DNA from: Geosiphon pyriformis uo1
Taxonomy: Eukaryota; Fungi; Glomeromycota
Assembly: GCA_016748015.1 (NCBI GenBank)
Contig: JAAOMT010000591.1
Coordinates: 323,532 to 387,531 of the forward strand
Direction of reading: 5' to 3'
DNA: 64,000 bases
Shown: positions 61,427-64,000 of the stretch, in pieces
How the letters are laid out: each line of letters starts with the position of its first letter
Numbering within the stretch: the stretch's first letter is position 1
Position numbers and translations under genes: made by a program
Notes under the pieces: generated by a model
Seen by the model: only the letters and a program-made list of their open reading frames with translations
Told to the model about the DNA's origin: nothing
Databases searched by the model: none

Positions 61427-63751
61427 GCAGTACAAAATTAGAGACACTATTTTCACCAACTATTTAATCTATACACTAATTATAAAGGACTTATTTAATT
61501 ACTTAATAATCCACAACTAAAAAAAAATATGCACAATAAAATACTTATCTGTAACAATTCTCATAAAAAATTCATTATAAGGAAAAATCTAAGAACACCA
61601 ATATTAACAATTTGTTAAAAATAATACAAATCTAATCTCTAAACCATAAACACAACTATCTATCAGCAATTACACCAGTATTTATCAACTTTTTAGTTCA
61701 AAGAGCTATTATTTTAATAACAACAAAGTAGTATACAGAAACAAGCTCATAATTACTTTATTCAAAACAACCAACTAAACTATTAAAAATGTCAAAACCA
61801 CATTATCTTATAACAAGTTATAAAAAACAATGAAAAAGAAACTGTTTTGCACAGTATGCACTTTGATCTAATTGCAAAACACTTTAACAAAAACACTACT
61901 TTAAAAAGAACTACAAATCTATACTATTGGCCAATAATATATAAGAACATCTTTGAATATGTCCTCAACTGTAACTTATGTCAATGAAAAGAAAAAGCCA
62001 GAAAAATAGAACCACTTTGACTCATCTCAGTTTGAAATTTATTTAATAAAATAAGAATTGATTTGGTTAATTCTTTTCCAATTACATCTAAAAAAATTAT
62101 TATATTGCTATAGTTGTAAACTACCTTACTAAGTGGCCAGAAGCCAGAGTAATCTAAGTAGCTAATGCTAAAACAGTAGCCAAGTTTGTACACCAAGATC
62201 TAATTTGCCATTATAGATGTCCAAAAAAATTGTTATCCAATCAAAGAACACATTTTGTCAATAGTATACTAACCAAACTAAGCCAATAGTTTGGAATAAA
62301 ACAACTTTTATTATTATTCTATTACCCACAAACAAATAGACTGGTAAAATAATTTAACCTAATACTGTATAAAACATTAGCAAAAATAAGTTACAAAAAT
62401 GCACAAAAATAAAACTTATTTATATTTTCTGTATTATTTGCATACTAAACATTAAAGCAAAATACTACTCAGTTTACACCATTTGAACTAGTCTATAAAA
62501 GAAAAACTATCTTATCTATTGAACAAGAAATACTTTTTTTTCCAACAAAAAAAATCACTAAAGAAAATTTTGAAACTACCTTATATCAAAGAACATACCA
62601 ACTTATGAAAACATTAGAAAACAATTGTGGAACAGCAGCTAACAATATTAGTAAAGCTTAAAAACAACAAAAAAAAAGATATGATAATTGTCTATTTGAC
62701 CAACCAATCAAATTCAAGATTGAAAACCAAGTACTATTACATTATATAAAGGCTAAAAAACAGTAAAATAAAAAGTTTGATCTGAAGTGAAATAGTTTAT
62801 TTCATATACACAAAGTTTTAGACAATAGAGCTTACAAATTAAGATTGAAAAACAAAATTTTAAAGAAAGTAGTACATAAAAATCAGTTGAAAATTTATTA
62901 TACAAACCAAGAAACATTGTTATCTGTACTGTAACTAGAAATACAGATTTCATTAATCAAACCAAAAAATATATCATAAGATTTGAAACCAATTATTGTT
63001 ATCAAAACATAATCAACATACAACTATTTAATTAAAAAATTTAAGTATATATAATAGCCAAAACAGCAAAAAAAATGGTAGAACTCTCAACATAAACCTC
63101 TTAAATAAAATTTTAAAACTCTTAAAACAACTATTTGAGATAATTCAACAATTTACAATTCAAATAAAAATCACAATTAATAGAAAAGATATATAATACA
63201 AAGACAGAAGCAAAAAAAAATGAGTAAAAGTTTAACTAAAACTGAATATTCTTACAATTAAAAAAAAAAGATATGTTGAACCAAACTTGAAAAAATAAAA
63301 AAAGCTTTGAACAGTCTAGTATTAGAATCAGTAATAAGAGAATAGACACTTAAAAACTCCAGAATATGGAAAAAAAAACTTTTATTAGTCTACTGGTTCT
63401 ATAAAATTGGTAAACAAATAGGATTAAGAACACTATATAAAGATCTTAATTGACAAACATTCAACAAAAAAGCTCTTAAATAAGTAGAAGTATTTATAAG
63501 AAAAAACAACTTAATACTATACTATAAAGCAACATACTAATTATATGTGATATTCAAATACTGTTTAGCTATACTACTAAACAGCTCTCTAGAAACTATT
63601 ACAATCAACAACATAAGACAAATAATGAATAAACAGTTTAAAGACTTACAAAAAACAATATTTAACACAACAATCAAATACTACACAAAAAATACAAATA
63701 TTACAGATACATATAATTTTACAAAAACTTAATTCTAAAATAGAGAGATAA
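61427..63751 (+). pseudogene. Decayed RNaseH C-terminus - integrase - ORF3 block (Z) fused directly to LTR D
   Basis: Starts AVQN-RHYF..YT-YKGL. RNase H stop 61633-61635; IN remnants YYWP, YLTKWPEA, YYPQTN; PPT ~63738-63751. Confidence 0.8.
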
Positions 63752-64000
63752 TATTACTTAAGTAGAAAAACCAATTCAAGTTATGAAAAAACATAATCAA
63801 AATATAATAACATAAAATAATATAAAATAATATGAAAGAACACAAAATAACATGTAATAACTTAAGATAACACAATATAAAATGCAAAAATACAATATAG
63901 CACAAAAAAACTAATTAAACTTAAGATAACTAATAATAATATAAAAAAATAAAGCAATAACAGAAATAGTAAATAATAATTAGCAATAATAAAATAATTA
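63752..64000 (+). repeat. Start of a decayed 3' LTR (G-type U3), runs off the window
   Basis: Follows the PPT; tattacttaagtagaaaaacc resembles tgttattcaagtaaaaaaact at 19174. Confidence 0.6.

Noticed and set aside
61421-61440. LTR|RNaseH junction as a retrotransposed spliced RNA
   Set aside because: No GT after the LTR end and no AG before the RNase H breakpoint in intact relatives.

Overview
Eukaryotic DNA, most likely an early-diverging fungus. A Glomeromycotina-like origin is my inference from intron style, gene sequences and TE landscape. Two intact, CpG-retaining host genes (3' part of THO2, 1-3123; mitochondrial GTP/GDP carrier GGC1/YHM1, 12450-13893) sit among transition-decayed transposons. 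These are a Tc1/mariner relic (5226-6574), three ~2.3-kb ORF1-only poly(A) non-LTR elements (two inserted head-to-tail at one ATTAACCA site), and a ~46-kb, four-level nest of Ty3/Gypsy elements and solo LTRs (18030-64000) whose boundaries and 4-bp TSDs can be resolved. The strongest candidate for an undescribed system is the Gypsy architecture shared by several diverged families. A single gag-PR-RT-RH frame ends after RNase H, integrase is a separately initiated ORF, and a third non-env ORF runs up to a fixed GAGCTCAA motif and the PPT. Three of the elements also carry a Cys-rich domain, a dUTPase and a probable degenerate second dUTPase between PR and RT, and appear to start gag at GUG. Two older relics consist of an LTR fused at the identical nucleotide to RNaseH'-IN-ORF3. 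All TE ORFs are pseudogenised by C>T/G>A transitions at CpG and notably TpCpA. No database searches were run.
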